DNA of 41,096 nt, from assembly GCA_008636045.1 (NCBI GenBank), contig SNRW01000019.1, positions 1 to 41,096 on the forward strand, given 5' to 3'. Under the pieces are notes generated by a model. That model was given only the letters and a program-made list of their open reading frames with translations, made no database searches and was not told the DNA's origin. A program made the position numbers and the translations under genes. Shown here piece after piece: positions 12,084-28,088 of this stretch (position 1 is its first letter; each line of letters begins with the position of its first letter). The DNA comes from Streblomastix strix. Taxonomy: Eukaryota.

Positions 12084-13736
12084 ATGTATTCAAGCATTCC
12101 TGAAACAAAAACTGAGCCTCTTCGGCCGAGCCGAGTGATTCACATGAGGAACGTCAACAGCGAAGTTCGCTAGGTGTATATATTATATTTTTAGATATCT
12201 TAATTGCACTATTAAATTTTGTTACTCTCTTTTATTCATCGTTGTGTACATCGCGCAGGGTGAACTAATTGCGCTTGCACAAAACTACGGTGAAATCCGG
12301 GTGATCCTGATGATGAAGCGTTCGAAGCAAGCATTTATTGAGTTTCGCGATCTACAAAGCGCTACATAATTTGTGAATGCATACTAAAAGGAGCCGCCGA
12401 CCATCAGGTTCGCACTTTTATACTAATTTCCCTATTTGCTCATTTTCTCTTACCCATCAGAGGTTCGCCAATTTACGTCTAGTATTCTATGCACTAGGAG
12501 TTGAAGGGTGGTGATCCACCGAGCAGCGATATTGGGAGACCTGGGCGAGTGCTGCTTGTGACAATACATAATCAACTATATCCAATTACTGTTGATGTTC
12601 TATCTCAAATCTTTTCACCGTACGAGACAAACCCGCTGAAGACTGTAGAGCGCATTGTGATCTTCCAACGACCAGCCGGCCTATAAGCATTAGTGCAATT
12701 CAGTAGTGTTGATGTGGCAACTCGTGCTTTGGAGCTTAATGGGAAGAACATCTACAGCAACTGTTGCACATTGTAGCTTTAGTACAGCAACATGGAGGAA
12801 GTTACAGTGCGTGAGAATTCTGATAGGAGCAAGGACTTCACTAATCCAAACCTGCCTGATCGTGCAAATGAGCCAATCCTGAAACAACCAAGAGAAGCAC
12901 CAGTTAGACATGCGAACTATTCAAATTCATCTCAATTTGTATATCACAGCTCACCAAATCGAGCTATTTCATCTCGTGAACTGAATGCTGCAGGTGGAAG
13001 TAGATCCTTATTCCGTCCTTAGACAGCAAGTAGCTCCTCAAGATATCAACCCAACTATCAGAATCAGAGCCAGAATGTTGGAATGGGAGGAATAAGCTCA
13101 GTCTTACTTATATCCAGAATACCACACAACCGAATGAAGTGTCAGCAGCTGTTCAACCTCTTCAGTAACTATGGTGCCATTGTCAGGATCAAGGTGCTTC
13201 GTGGTAAGCCAGACAAAGCACTCGTTCAATATGAGGACATAAGACAAGCAGAGAATGCATTGTACTATCTGAGGGGTGTTCGTGTGTTTGGCAGTGACTT
13301 AGATGTGACTTACTCCAAGTTCCAGGAGATCAGACCATCTTCAAATGCATTAGTTGGTGGATCTTCACATACTGGATAGTAATAATAACAAGGAGAGAGA
13401 AATGAAGAAGATGGTGAGGCAGCTGAATATTTGGGGACTACATAGAACAGAGCCATATTCACTAACTAGAACCCACATGAGGTCACTGTGCTTGGACCTA
13501 CAACAATACTACATATTAGTGGAGTGTCACCAGAGACAACATAAGAATAGATCACATAGCACTTCTCATAGGTTGGCACAGTCAATGGAGTTCGCATATT
13601 TGACACTGCTGGAAGACACATGGCCCTTGTATAGTACGCGAATTTGGCTGCTGCTGTGGATGCAATGGCGCTCCTGCATCAGACTCAGCTCAACGGCCGA
13701 ATTTTGCGCCTGTCGTTTACACGTAATCACATCTGA
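12084..13736 (+). CDS. PTB: Polypyrimidine tract-binding protein / hnRNP-L family, 4 RRMs, 2 introns (12174-12258, 12408-12460)
   Basis: The spliced product has PSRVIHMRNV, IRGSPIYVQYSMHQEL, RVLLVTIHNQLYPITVDVLSQIFSPY, AGLQALVQF, LNGKNIYSNCCTLQLQYS, RSKDFTNPNLP, LFNLFSNYGAIVRIKVL and a terminal LRLSFTR, all PTB signatures. Both introns are GT-AG. Confidence 0.95.
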
Positions 13737-14616
13737 GGAGGACTTCGAAGATTAAAAAGATGGTGCGACGATTATTGTAATTAATTTGTAGATTAAGAAT
13801 AATTAAAACAAAGAGATGAATAATAAAGATTAGATTTATTCGAATAATTTCATATCCTTTGTGATACATATTGATTTAGAAGAGTTTTTATTTATATATT
13901 CAACGTCACATGATTAAAGTTTAATTTACTGTCTCAATACATATAACTAATACAAAATACTTAAATACCCTAACAAATTATTCTTTTAAATTTCTTTTTC
14001 ATTTTATTATGATGAAACAGTCGAAATCTGTCTGAGCAGCAAAATTCTGGAGAAAAACCAAGAAACTTGATAAAGGTTATTTTAAATTGTGATATTATGT
14101 CACTATTTTGTATTACTATAAATAAAATAGTAGAGAAACTTTAAAAATTTTCCTTGAAAACATGTAGCTCATTATGATCAAAAATTGATAGAATTATTTT
14201 TACTTTTTCTCTTTAACTGCCTAATTTTTTATATAATACTACTATTATTTGCGTTAAATATAATCATATTTACATAAATTTATTCAAAACATTATAAAAT
14301 ATAATAGAAATTTATCCTTTAAATTAAAATGCAAAATTTAATTTTTTCAATCAAGAATTTCTTTCTGAATTTACTCTCAACGTTACTTTTAAAATTAATT
14401 AATTAAATTATATTCATAATTACTCTATATATTTTTTATTTACAAACAAAAACTTGTACTAGTAATCAAATAAAATTTGTTCTAACAAACTTGTCTTATT
14501 TTTTTTTATTCTGTACCTATTTTTATTCTGCTTAAATTTTTTAATTTACAACAATTATTCATTTTTATTAATCTATTGCATATTTAATTAACAACCCTGT
14601 TTTATTTTGCTTCAGA

Positions 14617-16588
14617 ATGGGTGCTTGTGTTGGAAGTATGTTTGGTTCTATGCTCATAACTGCATGCTTGGGCTGCTGTAGTTGCAAGAAAGGTCGCCCT
14701 GGAACAATCATATGTATGTTATATGATTTAGATAAATATAATCTTTTATTTGCAATATTCTGCAGCTGCACGAATCGGTTCCTTGGTTATTCTTACATTC
14801 GGAGCTATATTAGCACTTATAGGATCTTACCTGGTATATTCAATATTTTGATATTTTGATTTACGTTTTTAATTTTTGTATTTTTAGGGGTTTAAGATAT
14901 TCCACAACAAGCCATTTGGCCCAGATATCGGTAAATGCGAAGGTGATCTTGAAGCTTGTGCTAACAAACTCCTAGCAATTCGAGTATGGAATTTTCATCT
15001 TAAACAAATTTCTATTTTCTTCTTAATCAAATTTCAATTTACACTTTTTATATTTAATATTTAGCTTGGAACTGGAGTAATTTTATTTTTCGTGCTAATG
15101 CTTATCTTATCCTTGCCAATATTGTGCTGTGGTGCTGGTAGTACTTGTCTTATGCTGCAGAATGGATGTTGGATAATTAAAATATTCATATTTTTAGCAA
15201 TTTGTGTAGGAACATATTTTCTGCCACCTGTATGATTCAATATTATTATTATTTAATTCATTCGTGATATATTTTTTCATTTAAACTAATTTATATACAT
15301 TCAGAATTCAACATAAGCGTTATATTACATTGTTCTTATTGGTAGTGCGATCTTCTTAATATTATAAATTGCCATTCTGATCGAGTTCTTTGCTTCTTGG
15401 AATGATAATTGGCTTGCAAAGGAGTGGAACAAGGGTCTTATGGCTGTGTTTGTAATTGGTTGCATTGGTTATCTGATCTTGGTTGCTCTTACATTCACTT
15501 TTTTCCATAGTACGTATTTTGTTTATTATTATTTCATTGCTTTTTATAATTTTTATTTTTTCATGCATCTTTAGCTTGTACAAAAGATATTGTTTTCACT
15601 GTTGTTACTATTGTCCTTGCGATAATACTTGTAATTATTACTGGATGTGTATGAAATTAAATTAAATGTAAATGAAAATATATTTTTTTACTAAATTTTT
15701 AAACATTTTAAATATATATTTTTTTACTAAATTTTTTAACTTATTAAATTTATTGTTTTTTCAACTTTATAAATTATAGATACCTTCAGCATCCTTTTTT
15801 ACAACTGTCTTAGTCATATTATATTGCATCTATCTCAACTTTACCACACTTATATCTAATAATTAGCAGAATTGTATTGGAATTGACCCAAAACAATCAG
15901 AAATGCGAGTTAACTTCATCAATGCTCCTATACAATCAGTTCATGATTTCATCAAATAATAATATAATATAGCATTACCAAATGATGACAGTGAAGGTGG
16001 AACGACAGTAATAGTGATAATCTCAGCTATATTCACATACATAGCACTGATCTATAGTGTTTTCTCTTCATCTGGCGATCTAACTGAAAATGAAGAATAA
16101 GAGTGTTGCAATAGTAACGATGATGGAAATAAGAGGAAAAGTGAACCAATTGAAGTCATTCGTGGAGGGAATTGGGATAGTAGCTCTGCTAATCAAACAT
16201 CTCCTCTTACTGGCCAGAGTAAGAATAACAATTCAGACGAAAGCAGTGCATCAAAATATGGTTGTTAATACATACGTCTTTATTTACTCTATATATTAGC
16301 TGCAATGCATTTAACTACGATTGTGGTTGGATGGAGTTTGAATACATATAAGTCGTTTGAAAAGAGGTGTGATTCTATATATTATTTAGAATATAAAATT
16401 ATATTAATTTAATTTATATAATTATCATAAAATATTTAATTTCATTGTTTTACAGTTTCATACCCATATCGATGTGGTCTAAGGCTGCTTCGAATTGGGT
16501 TTGTTTCCTACTATATCTTTGGGTTCTTCTTGCACCAATTATTGGGCCTTATATTTTCCCATCGAGAGATTGGGGAAACACTTCATGA
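14617..16588 (+). CDS. SERINC: Serine incorporator (Serinc/TMS1/TDE family) multipass membrane protein, 7 introns
   Basis: Cys-rich MGAC.. N-terminus, then LQNGCWIIK, FLILQIAILIEFFASWNDNW and LYCIYLNFTTL. The C-terminus is WSKAASNWVCFLLYLWVLLAP...PSRDW, followed by TGA at 16586-16588. All introns are GT-AG. Confidence 0.92.
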
Positions 16589-17067
16589 GTTAATTGATTT
16601 ATATCAGGAGTAAAATGAAGTATATTTTTAATATGTTATTTTTGTGATCTTAAATAATACAATAAAAAGTGAAATTGAAAATGTGAATTAATTTTTAATA
16701 TTTGGATCAAAAAACAAGAACACAAAATTCTGAGTTATATTTCTCACTATTGATCTATTGGTACTTTATGAATAATCACTAAATGCATTTAATATAGTGA
16801 ATAAGATTATTTTATTAGTAAATCAAACCCAATTTTATGAACAATTCAATAAAAATACTTAAATAAGGAAATAAATGGGTTCTTCGCAATTTATATCCAC
16901 TTTAAATCACATTTTATTCAATGTGTATTGGTTTTATAAATATTTTCCCCTTATATGCTACTATTTAACCTATAATCATGGAATCAATGCGATATTACGA
17001 TTATTTATTTTTATTATCACTTTTTTCGCTTATATAGATATTCATTTTCATTTATTTTATTTAGAAC

Positions 17068-20000
17068 ATGAACAACTAAGTATAGCACATAGATTTGACT
17101 TAAATTAGTCTAATGAATCCAACACAGAACCCTTAAACCAATAGCGATTTAAAAATTGAAAATTAAATGATAATTGAAGTATAGCAACAATAATTTATTG
17201 TTTCAAGTAATCAAGAACAAACCGCACATTACTAGAGTCCAATATTAAATGAACACAAGTTAGACCCTATCAATCAAACAAATTTAACCTAGGATGAAGA
17301 AATAATACAAATTTCAAAGAACGCAAAGAAAAGTAATATTAATTCTAAATTGTATGAAACAACATCAAATATAATAACAGTAAAACCATCTATAACGCCT
17401 ACCAGGTAAGATTCATAAAATCAAGAAGATACGTAAGTTTTTAATATAATTAACACAGAAGACGATTTGAACATATCTTCTGAAACCGAACATGATTTAT
17501 AATTATTCACTTTGAATGATAGTAAATCAAGCCCGTAAATTGCTTCAATACATATACCATCATAACCTTACCCTTCAACTTCTCCACCTTCTCCTGAAAC
17601 TCACCAAACCCAACATATTTTTAATCCATAAGTTAATTAGGATTAATAATAAATACAATAAAATTTGGATGTTGCAAATTCTTAAACTTAAACATCTCTA
17701 ATTTTTTAAGCACTCGATAAAGAAATAGATATAAATAATGGATAAAAAGTCGAAAATTATCAATAATAACAATCATCTAAATAATATCATTAATCTCATA
17801 ACAAACAATCTCATTCCAAAAATTAGAATTTATTTAGCACATTAACATAAACAGACTCCCATCAACTCTTTATAATTCCAAGTTCATCATCAATTTTATA
17901 AGATTCAAACAATCCAATTACTCCAAAATCCTTACTCGCTGATGATTAGAATGACAATATCCCACCAAATATGGGAATTCTTTAACTTAATGATAAATAA
18001 CAATAATCTGAATCTAATGGCTAAACTAATCCATCTTCTTATTCTCCAATTCTTTTGCAACCAGCTCAATAATTCACATCACCAACTTCTTAATCTGATA
18101 CTTTCTCTCCGCCATCTATAGATTCATCTCATTCAACAAAGAGTGAGCATATGCAGTAGTTCTCAACACATTCAGTTAGTACAAGTGGGACATCTTAATC
18201 ATCAGGGATAGTTTTCAGTGATCATTCTACATAATCAGCAAATTCAGTTAAATTTTCATCATAACGGGATACAATGGATTCTGCTTCGTAATCTTCTAGA
18301 TATGCTACAGGCAGTTCAAAACATTCCCTTCATTCCTCACATCACAGTTCTTCTACGAATTCATCATCAAAATCAGTAACTTCGTAATAATCTAAAATTT
18401 CAGACAATTCTTCATCATCCTCAACAAATTACTTATAAAGCAGAAATCCTATTCACAAATAACCACCAATAGATTCTGAGTAATAATCTTAATAATCATC
18501 TTCTTCATCATCATCATCGTTTGACAATGAGCATATATCTACAAATGATTAAGTATCATCAATTAACCTGCAACAAATTTAAAAAGGTCTGAATTAACTA
18601 TTGGTTAATAATGAATAAAAAATAAACAAACATAAAAATCATTAATCTAAAAAATCTTCTGAACATAAGAAGAAAAAGAAACCAACAGATAAAATTAATG
18701 GGAAAAAACTGAAGAAAACAATTAAATTAAAAAAGGATGTAATGTTGGATGGAGCAAGATAGAATATATTACAAAGTCTAACATTTTCTCCCATAAGTCC
18801 TAAATAACAATTTGAAAATAAACCAATTAATGATTCTTCCCATTTTCATTCATAACACTAACACTTTCCATCTGAATCAAATATTGATTATGATTCAATA
18901 TAACCATAAGATATATATCAGTACACAACTATTCCACCATCATCATCATTAGACATTCTACAAATAATTGATCATAATTAACCTAATTCTGTTAAACGGT
19001 CATCCTCATAGCAATTTAATCAAGTTGACAGCTTTTAAAAATTTATTCCAACTTAGTCTCTTTCAAAACATTAGAATGAATAGAATATCAATTAATAATC
19101 TGCTGAATAATATGAATAGAATAACAACATATAATCATCAGAATAAAGTCAGATCATAAATAGTAATAATTAAAATGAAATTTAAAATTAATCAGAAATG
19201 ACTAATTATTAGAATATTGACTAATCTGATGCTAATTAAAACCCTGTGATTGATAGAAAATCTTCTGATAACAAACATTCTAATCATTTAAACCATTCTT
19301 CTTCGCTCAATGCATACAAACATACAAATGATCCTTCTCACCGCCATAAATTTAAATCTCTGACGCCAACTCAAGACATGAAGTAATATTATGAAGATTT
19401 TATTAGAATGAATACTTAATATGCAAATTCACTTCATATTAATCAAAATAATCCACAAAATATGGACTCGGACTTGAATTAAGTTCAATTTAGTAATTTG
19501 GATATTCGCATGTTTTCAGATCAAGAACAGGTAGATTAAGATGATATAAGCAGGAATAATATAATGTAAGAGATGAAAAACTTTGAAATTCTTCAGTAAA
19601 TGAGCATGAAATTTCAATAAGAGAAAATGTTTTAAGCTAAAAGTTAGGAAAGAGGAGGATATTCTGATTTTTCTTAATAGAATGATTAGATTATTAGCTA
19701 ATAATCGAACATTGATGATAACATTGATAATAATAAAAATATTAATAGAGATAAACAAGCAAGTTTTTAAATTATTGGTCAACTGGCAAATAATAAGAAC
19801 AAACTAAGTTAAAGTAGTAGTCCTAAAAGAAGTGCAGATCAATCCAGTTCTATATTATCATAATCATCATCATCTTCTGATTAGCAAACAGTATATTCAT
19901 CTTCGTCTTCTGACTATAATACAACATTATCTCCATTTTCACCATCTAGTAGTTCTAGTATTACTGATGAAGACAGCCGCAGTAATAATGAACATGAAGT

Positions 20001-23000
20001 TCGTATTAATTAAACTTTACAAATTCAGAACAATATTGATTCTGAATCCATGGACAATTCAATTTCGTCGTTCAATTTCGAAGATTTTGATGAGGATGAT
20101 GATGAATTTGCGCTCAAAGTAAGAAAAGGGAGTTCAAAAGGATAGGGATAATCTAGAATACCTAAGAAAAACCATTATATATAATAATAAAACTATTAAC
20201 ACCACAATAATTAAATCAAATAAAATGACAATAAATTCATTAATGACGAATAACTGAAATCTGCCATGTAATTATAAATTATTAATGAAAATTAACAGCT
20301 CGATTAGAGATTATAAAATGATCCTTCTATGAAAGATTAAATTCATGATGAAAATAAAATAAATCATGAAGAAAGAGTTGGAGTAAATAAATTCTTACAT
20401 AATAATATTTTTTAAAAAGAAAGAAGTGATACACCTTCTACAATAAATTCTGAGCATAGTGTATATTCAATGAACACAATTTTTAGTGATACATCCCCTC
20501 ATTCAGTGCATTCTCCAGAAGAAATTAGCTAAAATTAAATTTCATAGATCATTTCATTAACAGATTAGGCTTAGCAAGATAAAAAAGCCACTCAAACAGT
20601 TTAAGATATCAAAACAAATGATATTTTTTAAACATCAACTGCTGAAAGAGCATCTTCAGTTCGTTAAAGACTTAATTAAAGATAAATTAGTCATTAACAA
20701 GCAGCATTGTAACAAACTCCACCATCTTCGCTTTAATAATTATTACCTCTTTAAACTTCATTATTATCAAAATCTAATTTGAATAAAGATATACAAATTA
20801 GCAAATCTCCTTAATTTGCTTTTGAAATTTCACCAGACAGTTCACAATCAATATCAAGTCTCAATACTTCAAGCAATTTTACAAATTCAACTCGCGATTT
20901 GGACTCATTAGATTAATCTGAAATTGACAACAAAACAAAATCTGAATATGAATCTTCTTCAGACACTCTTAGAAATTAAAGTAATATCAAATAAAATTCA
21001 GATGATTCTTAAAATAAGAATGCGTTCAATCGCAGCTAATCTTAAATCATTCTTATTCCAAAAAGTGCTGAAAATAGTGAAGTAGATACTTCTTAATTTG
21101 TTGTATCATTCCCATCAACTTCATTTAATGACATTCAATCTCTATTAAATTAGAACAATTTACAATAAAGTGATTAAACTTTATATAATTACACATTTCT
21201 TCATTAGCCAAATTAACTTACTTCATTTCCCAACACTGGAGCTTTCCCATATATGCTAAGTAAAGGCGAAGCTAAAAATTAACAATAAAATTTGATTGGT
21301 GAATAAAATTCCCAATTTGTTAATAATAATTTTATAAATGTTGATGACAAAGGAAATTAATAATAATTTTATTAAGGAAGCAAATCAGATAATGCAAATA
21401 AATTAATTATTACAAACGAAAATGATTAATTTAATATAGAAAAATAAAATGCAATTGATTAATAAATTTAAAGTTCGAAAGAGAAAGATAATTTTGTTTC
21501 CACTGATAAAAATAATTACACAACCAAGAATTAAAATAATGAATAAATAAATGAAGAATAAATAAATATCTTTAATGAATAAAAAGTTAATAGTACTCAC
21601 TATTAGTTAAATTAAATTGATATGTATGCAAATTAGCAAATTCCTCAAATACAACAATTACAGAGATAAAATCTTCTGAATTATCAATAATTGCAGCCTT
21701 CAATTAATAGTCCTTTTAAATAATAATAGTTATAAACAATTTCTCCAATGTCATAATCTTCATAATAGTTATCTCCTTTATAGTAAATTCAACTATCTCA
21801 TTCATCTTAATAACTTTAATTATTAGAGTAAAACATTGGAACTGAATAGTAATAATAGTAATAACAATAGCAATAAGCATTAAAATCTTCATTATAATCT
21901 TTTTCATCTTCTTAACTATTTCCACCATTGTACTAATTTTAATCTCCCTCATAATTGTCGCCTTCAAATTAATCCTAATCATCAATATAATCATCTCCAA
22001 ATTAACTATAGAAATAATAATAATCACTAAATACTTAATTAGTAAACACACCCTAATTTGCATCTTAATCTATACTATATTAATCGTTAAATGCTAGTTC
22101 GATCCTTTCTCCTAGCCTTTTTTCTCCATTAACTAATCCTCAATCTGTTTCTACTATGAAAAATAATCAAAATTTATAAAATAATTATAATTAAATAACT
22201 TAAGAAATATAATAAACAAATATTAACAATAATAATTCGAGTGAAACATCTAATAATAACGAACCAAAATCTCAATTATATTCAAATTATGCTTTATAGA
22301 AAAGTTTTTCTCCATTATCATTTTTGCCACATTTTGAATCTCAATAATCACTAATTGAACAGTAGAATTCACCTTCTTCATTAATTAATGTATAAATAGA
22401 TAGAGGTCAAAATATCAATTCTGACCATTCCTCTGTATCTAATTTATATTCTCCTACTTAATAAAAACATTTATAACAATAAGATAATATTTTGAAGAAT
22501 GAATAAAATTAAATTTAAAAACAATAATTGGAAAATTAAGAACATCAATAAAATCTTCATAAAAATAATTAATAATATTAATAAGATATGCAAAAATAGT
22601 ATAATTAAAACGTTCAAACGTTTAATTTAAACATGGATAATTAACAAACTTAATTATAAACATAAAAACCTTTTCAAACATAGAGTTAAAAATAAATTCT
22701 TCAATCACCACAAAATATTAATAATTTCAAGAGCTTATCTACAAATGAAACTGAACCAGTTTACTTTAAATTATTGCAGCAATAATCATTATTACCTGCT
22801 AATGAAAATAATAAAACAAATATAGATGTCAAATATATTTCTAACTAACCTGTTTATTTTATTGCTGATGATTCTTCTTAAATTTCGACAAATCAACTTC
22901 ATTCATCATTAGTTTAATCTAAATTATAGTAGTAACAATCCATATTAAAGTTAAATGATAATTAAATTAGAGCATAAAACAATTTTAATACTCTTCAAAA

Positions 23001-25341
23001 TTAATAATTAAATTTAACATAATAGAACTAGTAATAATCATCTTAAATTCACATTTAGAAAATATAGCCGTTTAATCAATCTCGTTTTTCTTCTCCATAA
23101 TAACTTTCATCGTCTATTCAAAATTAAAAATTTTAAGAAAAGAATCCTATTACAAATAGATAATTTGAAACTAATATCAATGATATGCATATTAATTAAC
23201 CACACTATTCATAGTAATAGTTATTATAATAATAATCTTAATAAAATCATTAAATCTAATCAAATTCATTTAATTAAGCATATTTACCATTTCAGAACTA
23301 ATAATAAAAGTTGTTATTACCTCAGACATAATAACATGATTTGAAATAAAATAAATCAATGGATTAATAATATTAGATCTAAAATACAATAAATTAACCA
23401 TCTTATTCTCATTCTCAAACTAATATTCATCCAACATAATAAACATAATTTTAGCTTCATAATGTATCTTAGCAATAGTTTTCATTTAATTAACCAAATT
23501 TTACACAAAATTAAATCATTGATTAATATTAGAAAAAACCACTACAAATTTAGAAATAGAATGAACTTTAAATTTCATAAAATTACATTTAGCCATAACT
23601 TGCTAACAGTAACATTACAAATATTTAGAATTAATTTAATACCTCATAACAACACCTTAAATCTTCTTTAAATATGTTGCCTTTCTCATCATAGCAATTA
23701 AACTAATAATCACAGTCAGCTTCAAATATTCTTCCAACAAGAAATTAAATTGTAGAATTACAATTTAATACAGCCTTTCAACCCTAACATTCTTCTTCTA
23801 CATTTACTCCTTAACATCATTATTAAAATATATAACAAATATAACAGTCCAATTAAAAGACATTTTAGCAATCTAAATTACCAAATTAATATCCATTAAC
23901 TCGTTAATAACAACAAACTTTATCAATCCCATAGCAAAAATAAACAGCTTAGCAATAAGTATACAATCAAATTATACAAGGAACTATTCAACCTACTCTT
24001 GAAAACACTAAAGGTAAAATACTTGATATGTTGCGTGATCCTCTTGGCCAAAACGCTATCAAATTAATTATTAATAAATTAAATTATAAGTTTGGTAGAA
24101 ATAGTACTGAGGAAAATGGAACTGATGGAATTGGGGTTCAAAATGAATTCGATATTGATAATGAACATGATGGAAGCAGTATTAATTCGATATAATAAAT
24201 ATCAAACTAATCATCATTAATATCATAATCCAATTAAAACTCTTCTTAATAACCATAGCAGTAATAATAAATTACTATTCGTCATATATCTCATGAAATG
24301 ATAGATTTTATTCTTAATGATGTGCAATTTCACTTTGCTGAGATGCTAGTACTGCGTGAATCGAACTACATTGTATAGAAATTGATAGAACATATGGACA
24401 CTCAACAACTCTTATGATTGGTTGACGAAATAAAGCCTTAATTATGCCTTCTAAGTGTAGATGAATTTGGAACTAGATGCATTTAAAGGATTGTTGAATG
24501 CTTGCGATCATCAGATTCTATTGCTAATTCTTTCTTAGAAGGATTTTACTACGGAGATTAATATAGAAATGAAAATTCAAAGGATGAATTTGGTCAATTC
24601 ATAAGATAACCAAGCCCATAACAAAAAGCTTTACTTTTATAAGTAATGTGCAATACTTTCGGAAATCATGTTGTGAAGAAATTGCTTTAGTTTCTACCTC
24701 CGTTTAAATGTGCATTGTTCATAACAATTGTATCAGAAGAAATATGTCAAGTAGCGAGGGCAAGGCATGGTTGCTCGGTTCTTTAGAGGTGCATAGATTG
24801 TGCAGAGGGGTAAGTTTGGGAACAACTTCTTATTTAAATCGTTTCACATAGCCTTGAGCTAGTAATAGATCCATTTGCAAATTATGCTATTCAGTACTTT
24901 ATATCTAATTAATGGAATGAGACAAATGAAGATCAACTAAATTCACAAGTAAATAATTCTCAAAATGCAAGAGCTTTAAGACTTCAATACGCAAATCTAG
25001 TGAAACTTCAACTTTACAGAATTATTCGCAATAATATTATTGATCTTTCTCTTTAAAAATTCTCCTCGAATGTAATTGAGAAGATATTTACAGTTGCTGA
25101 CTCTAATATTTGCATTGAATTCATTGAAACGTTGCTGCAATCAAATCGGCTTTGTGAACTTGCCCTATCTCCGTTTGGTAATTATGTTGTATAAGTCAGT
25201 CTCAATACGGCAGCTAAAATTAGCCCACAACAACACTTAAGGATGTCATAACAACTATCTCAATGCTCTTAATTACTCTAGAAAACTGTATTTGGTCGAA
25301 AAATCCTTGGTAAAATGAATTTAAGATCTGAAAATATTTGA
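17068..25341 (+). CDS. Giant Pumilio/PUF RNA-binding protein (~2757 aa, apparently intronless), Puf4/Puf5-like PUM-HD at the C-terminus
   Basis: ATG 17068 and TGA 25339-25341 are in the same frame, and spot checks show an open frame. PUF repeats start near 24000: SNYIVQKL, GTRCIQRI, GNHVVKKL, GCSVLQRC, ANYAIQY, SSNVIEK, GNYVVQ, ending VFGRKILGK. The start codon is less certain than the domain. Confidence 0.88.
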
Positions 25342-25684
25342 TTGATTTATATTTTCTTTTGATTAATATTTCTATTTAATTTTAATCAACATATAACACT
25401 GTATTATTTTTTTACTATTATTGTATTATTTTCTTTTTGTAAACTATATGTTATTGAACAAACTGTCCATTTGTTATTTTTCAATTTGTTTCTAATTCGC
25501 TTTTTTCATTAACTCTACCCAACAAGAATATATGTGGCTGGATATTTCAGCACAATAAGTTTTCTCCGAATAATTCTTTTTTCTAAGCCAACTGCTGTAT
25601 TTTTTGGAAATAGAAATGTTTAATTATATTATCAACATTTTTTATGTAGTTATTTACAAATGAATTTAGCGAATATATTCAAAA

Positions 25685-27925
<2,241 letters not shown>

Positions 27926-28088
27926 AAAATGCTTGGATTTTCAAAATACTACTAATCAATAAAAAAATATCAATTTTTATATAAATTTGGATGTTTTTAT
28001 TTCATCTTTTCTTATAAATTTGACCTATTGATTTGAATTACTTGGATTAAAACATTTTTAGTAAAATAGCATTTAATTAAACATTATT

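Noticed and set aside
13354..13755. 133-aa track ORF
   Set aside because: It is an alternative frame overlapping PTB RRM4; the PTB frame carries the conserved motifs.
15675..15740. Tandem ~30-bp duplication in a Serinc intron
   Set aside because: It is simple A/T slippage with no evident function.
7883..23671. Many short track ORFs inside the zinc-finger and PUF genes
   Set aside because: They are off-frame or antisense artefacts of treating TAA/TAG as stops; the real frames are long and continuous.
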